Shown: positions 38,223 to 48,350, counted from the first letter of the stretch. The stretch: DNA of 64,000 nt from Candidatus Caldarchaeum sp. (GCA_038896555.1 JAWACZ010000001.1:8591-72590); one strand, 5' to 3'. Made by a program: numbers and translations. Notes: a model not told the origin generated them from the letters alone.

Positions 38223-40664
38223 CTACTTCCCACCTTTTGCCTTCTTTATGAGCTCCCACAGCTTTGCACTCGTTAAAGGGATCTCGTAAATTTTTATCCC
38301 TAATGGTCTAAGCGCATCCTCGACGGCGTTTGCTATTAGGACTGGCGCGCTCTCCGTGCTTGCTTCGCCGATACCCTTGGCACCTAGTATCGTGAACGGT
38401 GACGGTGTTTCTAGGTGGGCTATTTTGATGTTGTTCGGCATCTCTAACGCCGTTGGGCATAGGTAGTCTGCGAAGGTGGACGTAAGTAGCTGTCCACTTT
38501 CCCTGTCGTAGACAAGCTCCTCGTACATTGCTCCTCCGAGGCCGTGAACAATGCTTCCATAAACCTGCCCATCTGCTATAGCTGGATTGATTATCTTCCC
38601 GGAATCATGCACGCTGACGTACTTGAGAATCTTTACCTGACACGTCTCTAGGTCAACCTCCACTTTGGCGGCTTCCGCTAAGACCGAGTATGCTCCAGAG
38701 GAGTTGATTGTGTCGTCGGGTGCAGGAGGCTTCGTCATGGGTGGATTGTATGCTGCAGACACCTCAAGAAGCGGTTCCACATCCGATGGAAGAGAAGTTG
38801 GGTTCCAGTATACAGTTCCCGCCAAACGCTTTAACGAAATCCCCCTGTTCACATCGTTTTTGTGATGCACACGCCCCTGCCTAATCACCAGCTCCCCTTC
38901 ACCGCATCCTAAGATTTTGGAGGCTATCTCTAGAATTTTCTTCCTCAGCTTCCTAGCAGCTAGGACTACTGCACTGGCTTGGAAGGCTGCAAACCTGCTG
39001 GAGTAGCTGCCGGTCGAGACCGTCCATAAGTCGTTGAAGCTGTCCAAGTACGTATCCACTATCACGTCATCTAAACCAATTCCAATTTCATCCGCCACTA
39101 TCTGGGCTATGGATGTTTCATGTCCCTGGCCCTGCGGGTTTACATCAGCCTTTACGACCACCTTACCGCTGGGCAGCAACTTGATCCTCGCCAAGTTTGC
39201 GCTGCCAGACTTGGGCAGATAATCGCTTCTAGAACGTATCTCTGGAGGGTAGGCTACTGTGACGTAGCCCATGTTTGAGCCTGCTGGGTCTACTACCATC
39301 GCTATTCCTACGCCGAGGTATTTTCCCTCCTTGAGAGCCTCTTTCTGTTCGAGCCTGAATCTACCGTAGTCGATGAGCTGGAGCGCTAGACGGAGAGCCG
39401 CTGGGTAATCGCCGGCGTCGTAGATCCCGCCTGTGGGCGTTACGTAGGGCATCATGTTGGGTGTAATGAGGTTTCTGAACCTGACCTCAGCTGGGTCCAG
39501 TCCAAGCTCGTTGGCTATGGTGTCCATCAGACGCTCTAGCCCGAAGTAGAGATGTTGACATCCGTATCCCCTGTTAGGCCCCGTCATGGATTTGTTGGTG
39601 ACAACCGCCTTCGCATCTATCAACAGGTTTCTGAATTTATACGCACCGACGCTGTTTCCCAGAGGTCTCAGAATGCTTCCTGGCTCTGGAGCTCTTATGT
39701 AGGCTCCCATGTTGTCTATGATTCTGCTTTTAACGCCTAGGATTGTTCCGTCGTTTTTGACGGCAGCCTCCAGCACAGTTACTCTGTCGGTGTGGCTCGA
39801 GCTGGCGAGCAGATGCTCGCGTCTTGTCTCTACCCATTTGACTGGCCCACGTGCTTTGATGGCGGCGAGAGAAACCAGAGCCAGGTATGGATATATGCTG
39901 GATTTTATCCCAAACCCCCCTCCTATGTCAGGCGGTGTAATCATCCTAATCTTGTCCTCAGACATCCTGAGGGCGCTGGCTAAGACGGAGACCATTGTCC
40001 ATGGTCCCTGAAAGTTGGACCAGATGGTTAGGACTTTTGACGCCTCGTCGTAGCTAGCTACCGCAGCGTAGGTTTCTAGCGGAGTTGAGCTGTACTTCGG
40101 AAAACGGACGCGGATCGATACAATCTTGTCGGCGGCTGAAAAGGCATCTTCAACGTTGCCATATTTCAAAATCCTGTGCCAGACGAGGTTGGTTCCAAGC
40201 TCTTCGTGGAGGATTGGAGCATCATCTCTGATAGCATCCTCAGGATCGGTCACCACATTCAAAGGCTCATACTCCAGCTCGATGAGCTCGAGGGCGTCTT
40301 GGGCTGTGTATCTATCCTTTGCTACGACGGCTGCAACCGGTTCGCCGACGTATCTCAGTTTGTTTACAGCCATGCAGTAGTACTTCGGGGGGTTTGGTAT
40401 CCCGACTGGAAATGGATTAGACATCCGTACCACATCCTCGCCGGTAAGCACCGTTACGACACCGGGGCTGCTGAGGGCCTTACTCACGTCCAGTCGTTTT
40501 ATCCTTCCATGCGCTACAGGGCTTCTATAGATAGCGAGATGGTAGGTGCGTCCTAGGTTTAAGTCGTCTATAAAGTGGCCGTGGCCAGTAATCAAACGTT
40601 TATCCTCAACCCGTTTGATCGAGCGGCCAACCAGCCGCGCCTCCTCAACAACAACAACGCTCAT
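38223..40664 (-). CDS. Molybdopterin-binding large subunit, xanthine dehydrogenase/CoxL family (orphan, substrate unknown)
   Basis: 813 aa, with the same domain pattern as 30314-32722 (GGGFG, IGEAS). No iron-sulfur or FAD subunit gene is adjacent. Confidence 0.9.
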   Translation of the reverse strand: MSVVVVEEARLVGRSIKRVEDKRLITGHGHFIDDLNLGRTYHLAIYRSPVAHGRIKRLDVSKALSSPGVVTVLTGEDVVRMSNPFPVGIPNPPKYYCMAVNKLRYVGEPVAAVVAKDRYTAQDALELIELEYEPLNVVTDPEDAIRDDAPILHEELGTNLVWHRILKYGNVEDAFSAADKIVSIRVRFPKYSSTPLETYAAVASYDEASKVLTIWSNFQGPWTMVSVLASALRMSEDKIRMITPPDIGGGFGIKSSIYPYLALVSLAAIKARGPVKWVETRREHLLASSSHTDRVTVLEAAVKNDGTILGVKSRIIDNMGAYIRAPEPGSILRPLGNSVGAYKFRNLLIDAKAVVTNKSMTGPNRGYGCQHLYFGLERLMDTIANELGLDPAEVRFRNLITPNMMPYVTPTGGIYDAGDYPAALRLALQLIDYGRFRLEQKEALKEGKYLGVGIAMVVDPAGSNMGYVTVAYPPEIRSRSDYLPKSGSANLARIKLLPSGKVVVKADVNPQGQGHETSIAQIVADEIGIGLDDVIVDTYLDSFNDLWTVSTGSYSSRFAAFQASAVVLAARKLRKKILEIASKILGCGEGELVIRQGRVHHKNDVNRGISLKRLAGTVYWNPTSLPSDVEPLLEVSAAYNPPMTKPPAPDDTINSSGAYSVLAEAAKVEVDLETCQVKILKYVSVHDSGKIINPAIADGQVYGSIVHGLGGAMYEELVYDRESGQLLTSTFADYLCPTALEMPNNIKIAHLETPSPFTILGAKGIGEASTESAPVLIANAVEDALRPLGIKIYEIPLTSAKLWELIKKAKGGK

Positions 40665-40743
40665 TTAAATCACTCCCGACATTACACTACCTATTAACAC
40701 CGCAATATAAAGTATGTACCGAGAAATATAATCCACGAACTTC

Positions 40744-41010
40744 ATGCGAGACGGTGCACAATCCTTTAGAGACCTCCGTGGATTCTTAATATCACTCGAA
40801 TGGAACAAACATGCTAATCCATCTTGAGATGCGTACTTGGAGAGGGCTGGCGTACACACTTGTCCGGCTTCATTTCTAATGTCTGCCTCAACAGAAGTGA
40901 TCTCTTTTTCACAACGTTCGTGGCGCAAAGGGAGAGAACTGCGAAGCCGATGTTGTAACTGAAATCTCAGGCTGCCCAATCTTAGGCAGCCATGTTGCGG
41001 TTATAAAATA
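40744..41010 (+). pseudogene. Decayed N-terminal remnant of a UbiD-family decarboxylase gene
   Basis: ATG 40744 opens MRDGAQSFRDLRGFLISLEWN.. and stops after 27 codons. About 44 codons downstream, in a different frame, comes SLFHNVRGA....VVTEISG.P....HVA. These match, in order and spacing, the UbiD motifs DLR.FL..LE, (A)LLFEN(V)KG and V..NL.G.P.R.A. Confidence 0.45.
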
Positions 41011-41246
41011 AGATACTGAAAACGCCAGCATCAGGAGGATGCAGTGCTTATACTGCGTGATGAACAGTATAAGATAGTCGAGAGGCTCGCGTAAAGATGC
41101 ATCAAGGACTATGACAACCGCACACGGTGCCAGCTGAATCATCTTCATCGGTTTATTCCGCCTGTCTGCAATACGCGGGTGGAATGAAGAGATAGGGAAA
41201 GATATAAAAGCAGCTTATTTGCTATCTTTGGCAAGGTGAAAGATAG

Positions 41247-42362
41247 ATGGTTAACTACAAGGCTGGAATGATCGCATCTCTGCTGGTTGCAGTTATGCTG
41301 GCAGGAGCTTTAGCGTCTTACGGCATTGTCGGTCCAACAAGTAGAGAGGTAACCGTAACAGTCGCTAGGACCGCGACCGAGTTTAGAACAGAGATAAGAA
41401 CAGAGACGAAGCTTGTCACAGTCTCTCCAACCGAGACGTTGAAGAAGGTGACGGTGGGGACGCTTGGCCCGCCATCCCAAAGCTCATGGATAGTCTTTAT
41501 AGTGGAGGAGCTGGGCCTTGATAAGAAGTATGGGCTGGACATAGAGTGGGTACTACAGCCCAGTACAACTGCCTTATATCAAGATTTCGCAGCAGGCAAG
41601 TATAAGGTTTCCACGGGCGGGATGATGACCTTTGCCAACATGTACCTGCGAGGCGTCCCAATCAAAATATTCATAACATACACACTCTTTGGGACGGCGA
41701 TAATAGTGAACAAGGAAAGGGGCCCTGACGTCAACTCGGTCAAGGACTTGGAGGGCAAAATCGTAGCCGGCCCGTTGACCGCAGAGAACTTAAGAGCCAT
41801 GCAGATGTATATGAGGTGGTTAGGAGCAGACCTTTCGAAGATACAGTTCCAGAACTTCGAGCATCTTGCCGTCCCTACAGAGCTTACATCTCCTACCGGC
41901 AGGGCTGTGGCAGGGATAGCCTGGGAGACCATACCCTCTAGGCTTGAGTTACAGGACCCGGCCAAGTTCAAGGTTCTCTACTCCATACCTGAGCTCGACG
42001 CAGTGTGGCAGAAAAACACAGGCACGCAGTATCACTGGCTTCTCGGCTTCGCTGCGTATGAGGAGGTGATAAAAGCCGACCCAGACGTGCTACAAAAAAT
42101 ATACCTCATCTTCAGGGAAGCCACCAACTACATCAGAGACTTTCCAGACGAAGCCATGAAAATCATTGTCAAAAACACGAATATCTCTGAGGAATTGCTG
42201 AAGGATGCGTTCAACAAAGGCAGACTGCGGTTCCTCGTTAAACCCATCCACACGGAGATGAACGCTGTAAAACAACTGTTCAAAGTGGCCAACGACTTGG
42301 GATTCATAAACGGCATCCCCGACGACAACATCTTTTACAAAGACCTAAAGATAATCATGTAG
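41247..42362 (+). CDS. ABC transporter substrate-binding protein, NMT1/SsuA/TauA-like, membrane-anchored
   Basis: 371 aa. An N-terminal TM anchor and a Thr/Val-rich linker precede an NMT1-like periplasmic binding fold pattern. Confidence 0.7.
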   Translation: MVNYKAGMIASLLVAVMLAGALASYGIVGPTSREVTVTVARTATEFRTEIRTETKLVTVSPTETLKKVTVGTLGPPSQSSWIVFIVEELGLDKKYGLDIEWVLQPSTTALYQDFAAGKYKVSTGGMMTFANMYLRGVPIKIFITYTLFGTAIIVNKERGPDVNSVKDLEGKIVAGPLTAENLRAMQMYMRWLGADLSKIQFQNFEHLAVPTELTSPTGRAVAGIAWETIPSRLELQDPAKFKVLYSIPELDAVWQKNTGTQYHWLLGFAAYEEVIKADPDVLQKIYLIFREATNYIRDFPDEAMKIIVKNTNISEELLKDAFNKGRLRFLVKPIHTEMNAVKQLFKVANDLGFINGIPDDNIFYKDLKIIM

Positions 42363-42585
42363 AAGCACCACGGCCCTTCGCGGTATCTTTAACTCCAATT
42401 TTTTGGACGAGTCAAAACCCCAACGTTGGAACGCCTGCTGTCTTCGAATGGTTTTGCGTGTTTTAACGCCGGTGAAAGTTGTCGAATAGTGTTGGGAACA
42501 ACGCCGCATATTCTGGCTGTCAGTTACGCCTGAGAAAATTTTGCAGACAACCTTTTTATAGGTCTTCGGTTCGCTGGCAACCAAG

Positions 42586-43749
42586 TTGAACAACCTTGTT
42601 TTAGCATGGGCAGCGTCATTCCTATGCTGGGTTTATGTATATAGTCTCAGGGTAGCTTATTCGCCTGCACTCCCCAACGTCATCTCAGAGCTTCAGCTGA
42701 GCCATTCAGAGGCAGGGCTGTCGTTCTCATCATACTTCTATACCTACGCCTCTCTCCAGTTCATCGCAGGCTTCCTTGGTGAGAAGTTCGGTAGGAAACG
42801 GGTCGTTTTCGCTGGCATGCTGATAAGCAGTTTAGGCGGGATCCTCACCTCGATTTCGCACAGCCTTTTTGATCTGGTTGGGACGAGGCTTCTAACCGGC
42901 CTCGGACACGGGCTTATTTTCAGCAACGACAGGTCTCTGATAGCCAGCCTCACACCCAAGGATAAGCTTGGACTGGTTCAGGGATTGTCTTTCTCGGGTT
43001 TTGGGGTTGGGCTCATGGTGGGAACCGCCGGGGCAGGGGCGCTCATACCATTCATCGGCTGGAGGCAAGTGTTGCAGTTAATCTCAGTCATCGGGGTCAT
43101 CTTTTCTTTTTTCATCATTTTAACAGTCACAGAGTCTTCAGAACGTAATGATGAGCCTAGAGTGAAGCTTTACGGACTGCTACGTGACAGGAATTACATG
43201 CTTATGGTTTTCGGCGGCATACCAATCCAGTACACATTCTGGGTTTTCCAGACGTGGCTTCCTACAGCACTGCTGGAATCTAATATGGCAGACCTTACCT
43301 CAGCAGCGTTAGTCACATCGCTAGTGGGTGTGGGGACGCCCATAGGTCTTGTCACGTTAGGCAAGCTCAGTGATGTCGCCGACAAGAGAGGTGGTGAAAG
43401 GACGGTACTGTTCATTTCCTCACTACTAATGACAGGCCTCGTCGGCCTTCTCACCCTTCTGTATATGTGGAGAGCTTGGCTTACCGTCATAGCCGCTGTA
43501 GTTTTGGCTTCAGGGTTTTTTCACGGAATGTCAGCGCCAATGTTGAGGTTTATTTCACGGAACGTCGGCAACGGCTCACCCATAGCCTTCGGACTCTTGA
43601 ACGGCTTCCACTTCATAGGGTCTGCTGTCTCGCCCTACATCACAGGACTTATGCGGGATGTCTCGGGAAGGTTTGAACCTGGGCTCGCATCAGGCAGCTT
43701 AATGATGTTGATTTCAGCCGCCATGTTCAGAGCGTTGTCAAAACGTTGA
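42586..43749 (+). CDS. MFS transporter
   Basis: 387 aa, multiple TM helices, and a GEKFGRKR loop motif. Confidence 0.85.
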   Translation: MNNLVLAWAASFLCWVYVYSLRVAYSPALPNVISELQLSHSEAGLSFSSYFYTYASLQFIAGFLGEKFGRKRVVFAGMLISSLGGILTSISHSLFDLVGTRLLTGLGHGLIFSNDRSLIASLTPKDKLGLVQGLSFSGFGVGLMVGTAGAGALIPFIGWRQVLQLISVIGVIFSFFIILTVTESSERNDEPRVKLYGLLRDRNYMLMVFGGIPIQYTFWVFQTWLPTALLESNMADLTSAALVTSLVGVGTPIGLVTLGKLSDVADKRGGERTVLFISSLLMTGLVGLLTLLYMWRAWLTVIAAVVLASGFFHGMSAPMLRFISRNVGNGSPIAFGLLNGFHFIGSAVSPYITGLMRDVSGRFEPGLASGSLMMLISAAMFRALSKR

Positions 43750-43859
43750 TGGTATTCCCCAACTCAATCTAGTTAAAACTGCATAAATAGATGTGCAACG
43801 CTTCTTCCCCTAACTCGGGTTTTAGCGTGCTCGGAAAAAAGAAAATGGGGTATTTATGT

Positions 43860-45233
43860 CTACAGCCCGTGCTCTTGCTTATATTTTTCAGGATCCCATG
43901 GCTCTTTATACAGCTCATCTATTGGTTTGTTGTATCCCGGTCGTGGCGCTCCAGCGGCCTGCCAGCCATCATAGGTTGTTACTAATTTATACTTGAGGTC
44001 GTCATCCACCACACCTATGGCACCGTCGTAGATCCACTGGTGGTCTTCAGGCCTTATGTACACCTTGCCCACGGCTGTGTTGATTATGGCGCCTTCCAAG
44101 GCCTTGACTACGGCGTCTGAATCGAATGTCCCGGCCTTCTCAACAGCCCAAGCCCATGCTTTCACAGCATCATACAATGGCCAGGCAGCGATGTTCGGAA
44201 TAGTTCCATACTCTTTGAAGAATGCGTCGACGAATTTTTTGTTCTCCGGCGTGTCTATCTGGCTGGCCCAGTAGGTTACGTGCGTGAACCTCTTGACGGA
44301 GCTTCCGTAGGCCGGTATGTCGTCCTCCAAAAGGGCGCATGCGATTCCAGCTATGTCAATTTCTTTAGGCCATAGCCCCTGTTGGTATAGTTGTGTCATA
44401 CCCCTGATGGAGTCCAGCCCCGCGAAGGCGAAGTACAGCGAGTCGGGCTTCGCAGACCTAATGGCGGGGAACCAAGGAGTGAAGTCTGTAGTGCCCAATG
44501 GTGCTGCGGACCTACCCGCATAAGTTACGGGCTTGCCCTGTCTCTTCATCTCCAATTCATAGACCATCCTGAAACCTCTTTCATCAGCCTGTCCCATAGA
44601 ATAGTCCACGTAGAAAACGTAGGGCTTTACCCATAGCGCCCTTTTCCACGGGTCCAACTTACTAATGTTAGGCATATCCTCTGCGACGAGGTATGGCACG
44701 AGGCCGAATGCGTTCATCCTAGTGTCGTGAAGGCATCCAAAGTAGTACTTGTGGAATTTTGTGCTTCTCATTTCGTCAGCGCAGGAAATGCCGTTGAAGT
44801 GTAGTGTCTTATATCTCCCCGTCACATCCATTACTGCCAGTGTCACACTGCTAGATATTGCGCCGAATATTGCTTTAACCTTGTCTTCGAGTACTAGTTT
44901 CTCCGCCTTAACGGTTCCGACGGGAGGCTTGAGTTCAGTATCCTCAGTAACCACCTGTATAGGCCTTCCAAGAACTCCTCCTTGCTCATTTATCTCTTTA
45001 GCAGCCAGCTTAAGGGCCATTGTTTGATACCTACCCCAGTTGTAGTAGACTCCCGTCTTGCCACCCAGGTCACCGATTTTGATTGGCTCTTTGCCTTCCC
45101 TCGGAAATGACTCAAGCTCCCAAGGCCTTGTCAACCAAGCCCATGAACCAAGAACCCCAACAGCCAACGAACCAGCTACTATAGCTCCAGTTCTGGTTAG
45201 GAACTTCCTTCTAGAGACTTCTTGATGAATCAT
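43860..45233 (-). CDS. ABC transporter substrate-binding protein, LivJ/Peripla_BP_6 family, with twin-arginine signal
   Basis: 457 aa. The N-terminal SRRKFLTRTGAIVAGSLA is a Tat-type signal. The body is typical of branched-chain amino acid/aromatic acid binding proteins. Confidence 0.85.
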   Translation of the reverse strand: MIHQEVSRRKFLTRTGAIVAGSLAVGVLGSWAWLTRPWELESFPREGKEPIKIGDLGGKTGVYYNWGRYQTMALKLAAKEINEQGGVLGRPIQVVTEDTELKPPVGTVKAEKLVLEDKVKAIFGAISSSVTLAVMDVTGRYKTLHFNGISCADEMRSTKFHKYYFGCLHDTRMNAFGLVPYLVAEDMPNISKLDPWKRALWVKPYVFYVDYSMGQADERGFRMVYELEMKRQGKPVTYAGRSAAPLGTTDFTPWFPAIRSAKPDSLYFAFAGLDSIRGMTQLYQQGLWPKEIDIAGIACALLEDDIPAYGSSVKRFTHVTYWASQIDTPENKKFVDAFFKEYGTIPNIAAWPLYDAVKAWAWAVEKAGTFDSDAVVKALEGAIINTAVGKVYIRPEDHQWIYDGAIGVVDDDLKYKLVTTYDGWQAAGAPRPGYNKPIDELYKEPWDPEKYKQEHGL

Positions 45234-45255
45234 TTTATTGTTAGAATCATTTTAC

Positions 45256-45271
45256 AGCTATATTTAAATCT
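45256..45271. promoter_or_regulatory. Palindromic TATA-type promoter element (AGCTATATTTAAATCT), copy 2
   Basis: It sits in the divergent promoter between the LivJ-like SBP (ATG 45233, minus strand) and livG (45339, plus strand). The 16-mer is identical to 29606-29621. Confidence 0.5.
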
Positions 45272-45338
45272 ATCGGGTACGTCCCAAGACCCAACGCACT
45301 AATCTTAAATAATTGCGGCGGACACAGGGGAATCGATT

Positions 45339-46088
45339 ATGACTGAAACGATTTTAAAGACAAGAGGGCTGACCAAAAGGTTTGGCGCCTTGACGGCAGT
45401 TGACAATTTTGATATCGACGTTGTTAAGAACTCCATCCACTCTATAATAGGACCCAACGGAGCTGGCAAAACAACGCTCTTCAATCTCATCACAGGCATG
45501 GTTAAACCTGACTCCGGTTCGATAGTATTCAACAGCGTTGAAACCACCAACCTACCGCCTCATAAACTATGCCAACTGGGGATGTGTCGAAGTTTTCAGA
45601 TCACAAGCATATTCCCCGGGTTGACAGTTAAAGAAAACGTAAGCCTAGCATGTGAATCAAGCTCCGGAGGCCTTAACATATTTTCGTCAGTCCTAAGGTT
45701 TAGCGATGCTAGCGCAAAAGCAGATGAAATTCTAAAGCAGCTCCAGCTTTGGGGTCGGAGAGACGAGCTGGCAGCCAACCTATCGCATGGTGAACAGCGG
45801 CTTCTGGAGATAGCCATCGCCCTAGCTACAGACCCAAAGCTGCTTCTTCTCGACGAACCCACATCAGGTATGACTGACCTAGAGAGCAGAAGGGTCGCCA
45901 GGCTTATCAAGGAGATCACAATGTCAAGAGACCTGACTGTAGTGATGATCGAGCACGACCTTGAAGTGGTTAAGGAGATCTCTGATATCATCACGGTAAT
46001 GCACATGGGCAAGAAAGTAGCGGAAGGAAGAGCCGAGGAATTGAGGCTGAACCCTCAGGTAAAGGAGATATACCTAGGTGAGTTTTGA
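45339..46088 (+). CDS. livG: ABC transporter ATP-binding protein, LivG-like
   Basis: Walker A GPNGAGKTT, signature LSHGEQR, and Walker B LLLDEP. Confidence 0.9.
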   Translation: MTETILKTRGLTKRFGALTAVDNFDIDVVKNSIHSIIGPNGAGKTTLFNLITGMVKPDSGSIVFNSVETTNLPPHKLCQLGMCRSFQITSIFPGLTVKENVSLACESSSGGLNIFSSVLRFSDASAKADEILKQLQLWGRRDELAANLSHGEQRLLEIAIALATDPKLLLLDEPTSGMTDLESRRVARLIKEITMSRDLTVVMIEHDLEVVKEISDIITVMHMGKKVAEGRAEELRLNPQVKEIYLGEF

Positions 46089-46786
46089 TGCTCAAGCTGG
46101 AGCTCGTAAACGCATACTACGGCCTCAGCCACGTACTCCATGATGTGAGCCTCCAAGTGAACAAAGGCGAGCTTATATGCCTTCTAGGTCGAAACGGTGT
46201 AGGCAAAACTACAACGGTCAAGACAATTATGGGAGTGTTGCCACCCCGCCGTGGTAGAATATTTTTTGAGGGCATAGACATTACAGCTCTCAAGCCCTTT
46301 CAGATAGCACGGCTTGGAATCGGCTATGTTCCGCAAGGAAGACGCATTTTTCCAAACCTGACCGTAGCAGAAAACCTCTTGCTTGGAGCCATCCACATAA
46401 ACAGCAATCATATAAAAGACAGGCTGGAAGAGATCCATCAATACTTCCCCGATTTAAAGAAAAAAATGAATCAGCCAGCCCGCACGCTAAGTGGGGGACA
46501 GCTGCAGATGTTAGCAATAGCCAGGGCTCTGATTGGGAACAATAAGCTGTTGATTCTCGACGAGCCGTCGGAAGGGCTTTCTCCCATGCTGCTTAGGGAG
46601 ATTGCTAAAATTCTGTCCGAGCTCAAAAACTACGGCAAAACCATATTCTTGGTTGAACAAAACGTAAAAATGGCGCTAGCAATAGCAGACAGAGCATACA
46701 TAATGGAAAAGGGGAGGATATTTTTCGAAGGTACGCCACAGAATATAATGCAAAGTCAGGAGGCCATGGATAGGCTCGGACTGTAA
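46085..46786 (+). CDS. livF: ABC transporter ATP-binding protein, LivF-like
   Basis: Walker A GRNGVGKTT, signature LSGGQLQ, and LILDEP. It overlaps livG by 4 nt. Confidence 0.9.
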   Translation: MMLKLELVNAYYGLSHVLHDVSLQVNKGELICLLGRNGVGKTTTVKTIMGVLPPRRGRIFFEGIDITALKPFQIARLGIGYVPQGRRIFPNLTVAENLLLGAIHINSNHIKDRLEEIHQYFPDLKKKMNQPARTLSGGQLQMLAIARALIGNNKLLILDEPSEGLSPMLLREIAKILSELKNYGKTIFLVEQNVKMALAIADRAYIMEKGRIFFEGTPQNIMQSQEAMDRLGL

Positions 46787-46901
46787 CCCGAGAACCAACC
46801 AGCACCATCCATCGTTAGACACCATTCCCTTCATCATGAAAGCCAGCACAAGCAACTCAAACAACCAACGGTTATATTTCAGCGATGCAGAAGTCCAACC
46901 G

Positions 46902-48350
46902 ATGAGATGGGATCTTAGGTCATGGATAGAGAATGTTAAGGAACTAGGACTTTTGAGAGAGGTTAGGGGAGCTGACTGGCACCTAGAGATCGGTGCTATA
47001 ACAGACCTGAACGCTAAAAACGGAAAGTACACCTTGCTGTTTGACGAGATAAAGGGCTATCCCAAAGGCTTCAGGATATTGACCGGTGCGCTGCTTGACT
47101 CCAGACGCGTGGCTCTGGCTCTAGGCTTACCAGATACCATAGACGACCTAGAGCTAGTGACAGCCCTAAAAAACAGGATGTCAACACTAACAGACTCCCT
47201 TAAGGAATATGCGCCCAAGCATGTTAACCAAGCTGTATTCCAAGAGAACACTATGACGGATGACGATGTAGATGTTCTCAAGTTCCCTGCTCCAAAGTGG
47301 ATGCCGCAAGACGGCGGGCGGTACATAGGTACCGCCGACGTAGTAGTCACCAAAGATCCCGAGACCGGATGGGTGAATGTGGGAACTTACAGAGTTATGA
47401 TACAAGATTCTAGGACGCTCACCGTTTTCATAGAGGCTCCACGCCATGCTAAGCTGATAGTTGAGAAATACTGGAGGAGAGGAGAGAAATGTCCCATCGC
47501 AATCTCGTTAGGCCATCACCCGCTGATCCAGCTCTTCGCAGGAATTGAAGTCCCTCCAAATATCTCGGAGTATGCGTACGCAGGAGCCATAGCAGGGGCG
47601 TCATACGAAATCGCTGAGGCTCCTTTGACAAAGCTTCCAGTCCCGGCTGAGAGCGAGGTTCTCATAGAGGGGTGGCTCAGCCAAGATACACAGCGTGAAG
47701 GTCCGCTGGGAGAGTTTGTGGGCTATTATGCAAGCGGCGTCACTCAAAGCCCCACGATTAAAGTTGCGGCCATCCATTACAGGGACGACCCGATAATGCT
47801 TGCTACGTGTGCTGGAAGACCTCCTTACGACTATTCATATTTTAGGTGTCCCCTTAGGTCTGCGATGATTTGGGACATCCTCGAGAAAGCGGGGATACCG
47901 GGGGTGAGAGCTGTTTGGTGCCACGAGGCAGGATACTCGAGAGCCTTCACAGTCGTCTCGATAAAGCAGGTTTTCGCTGGGCAAGATAGAATGGCGGGAT
48001 ACGTTGCGTCTCAATGCAGGCCTGGAGCGATCGCCGGTCGGTATGTGATTGTCGTTGACGAAGACATTGATCCGACAAACCTAAACGAGGTGGTCTGGGC
48101 CATGTGCACACGAGTCGATCCAGCCCGTGATGTAGAGGTCATCAGAGACACGGTCGGAACCCCGTTAGACCCTGTCACAGAGCATGAGCCAGGCAAGAAG
48201 CTCGAGGAGTATACAAGCTCCCGCATGCTGGTCTTTGCTACCAAGCCGTTCAGCAAGCTTGTAAAGGGTGAGTTTCCAATGGTCGTTGAGCCAGACGAGC
48301 AGACGATAAAAAGGGTTACAGCCAAATGGGGGGACTTATTCCCCAAATAA
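46902..48350 (+). CDS. UbiD family (prFMN-dependent) decarboxylase, copy 1
   Basis: ATG 46902 (MRWDLRSWIENV...) lies about 27 nt downstream of ttatattt (46872-46879). It carries the conserved EGPLGEFVGYY motif. The listed start 46836 is probably too far upstream. Confidence 0.9.
   Translation: MRWDLRSWIENVKELGLLREVRGADWHLEIGAITDLNAKNGKYTLLFDEIKGYPKGFRILTGALLDSRRVALALGLPDTIDDLELVTALKNRMSTLTDSLKEYAPKHVNQAVFQENTMTDDDVDVLKFPAPKWMPQDGGRYIGTADVVVTKDPETGWVNVGTYRVMIQDSRTLTVFIEAPRHAKLIVEKYWRRGEKCPIAISLGHHPLIQLFAGIEVPPNISEYAYAGAIAGASYEIAEAPLTKLPVPAESEVLIEGWLSQDTQREGPLGEFVGYYASGVTQSPTIKVAAIHYRDDPIMLATCAGRPPYDYSYFRCPLRSAMIWDILEKAGIPGVRAVWCHEAGYSRAFTVVSIKQVFAGQDRMAGYVASQCRPGAIAGRYVIVVDEDIDPTNLNEVVWAMCTRVDPARDVEVIRDTVGTPLDPVTEHEPGKKLEEYTSSRMLVFATKPFSKLVKGEFPMVVEPDEQTIKRVTAKWGDLFPK

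Noticed and set aside
29853-40664. Calling the CoxS/CoxL-like genes an aerobic carbon monoxide dehydrogenase
   Set aside because: Neither large subunit has the AYRCSFR (form I) or AYRGAGR (form II) loop. No CoxM gene and no coxDEF-type accessory genes are present.
40665-41148. Minus-strand ORFs 40665-40979 (104 aa) and 40909-41148 (79 aa) upstream of the orphan Mo-hydroxylase gene, one ending exactly at its ATG
   Set aside because: They have odd composition and no recognisable family. The opposite strand carries UbiD-like motifs in the right order and spacing, so these are more likely shadow ORFs over a pseudogene. The stop/ATG abutment remains a caveat.
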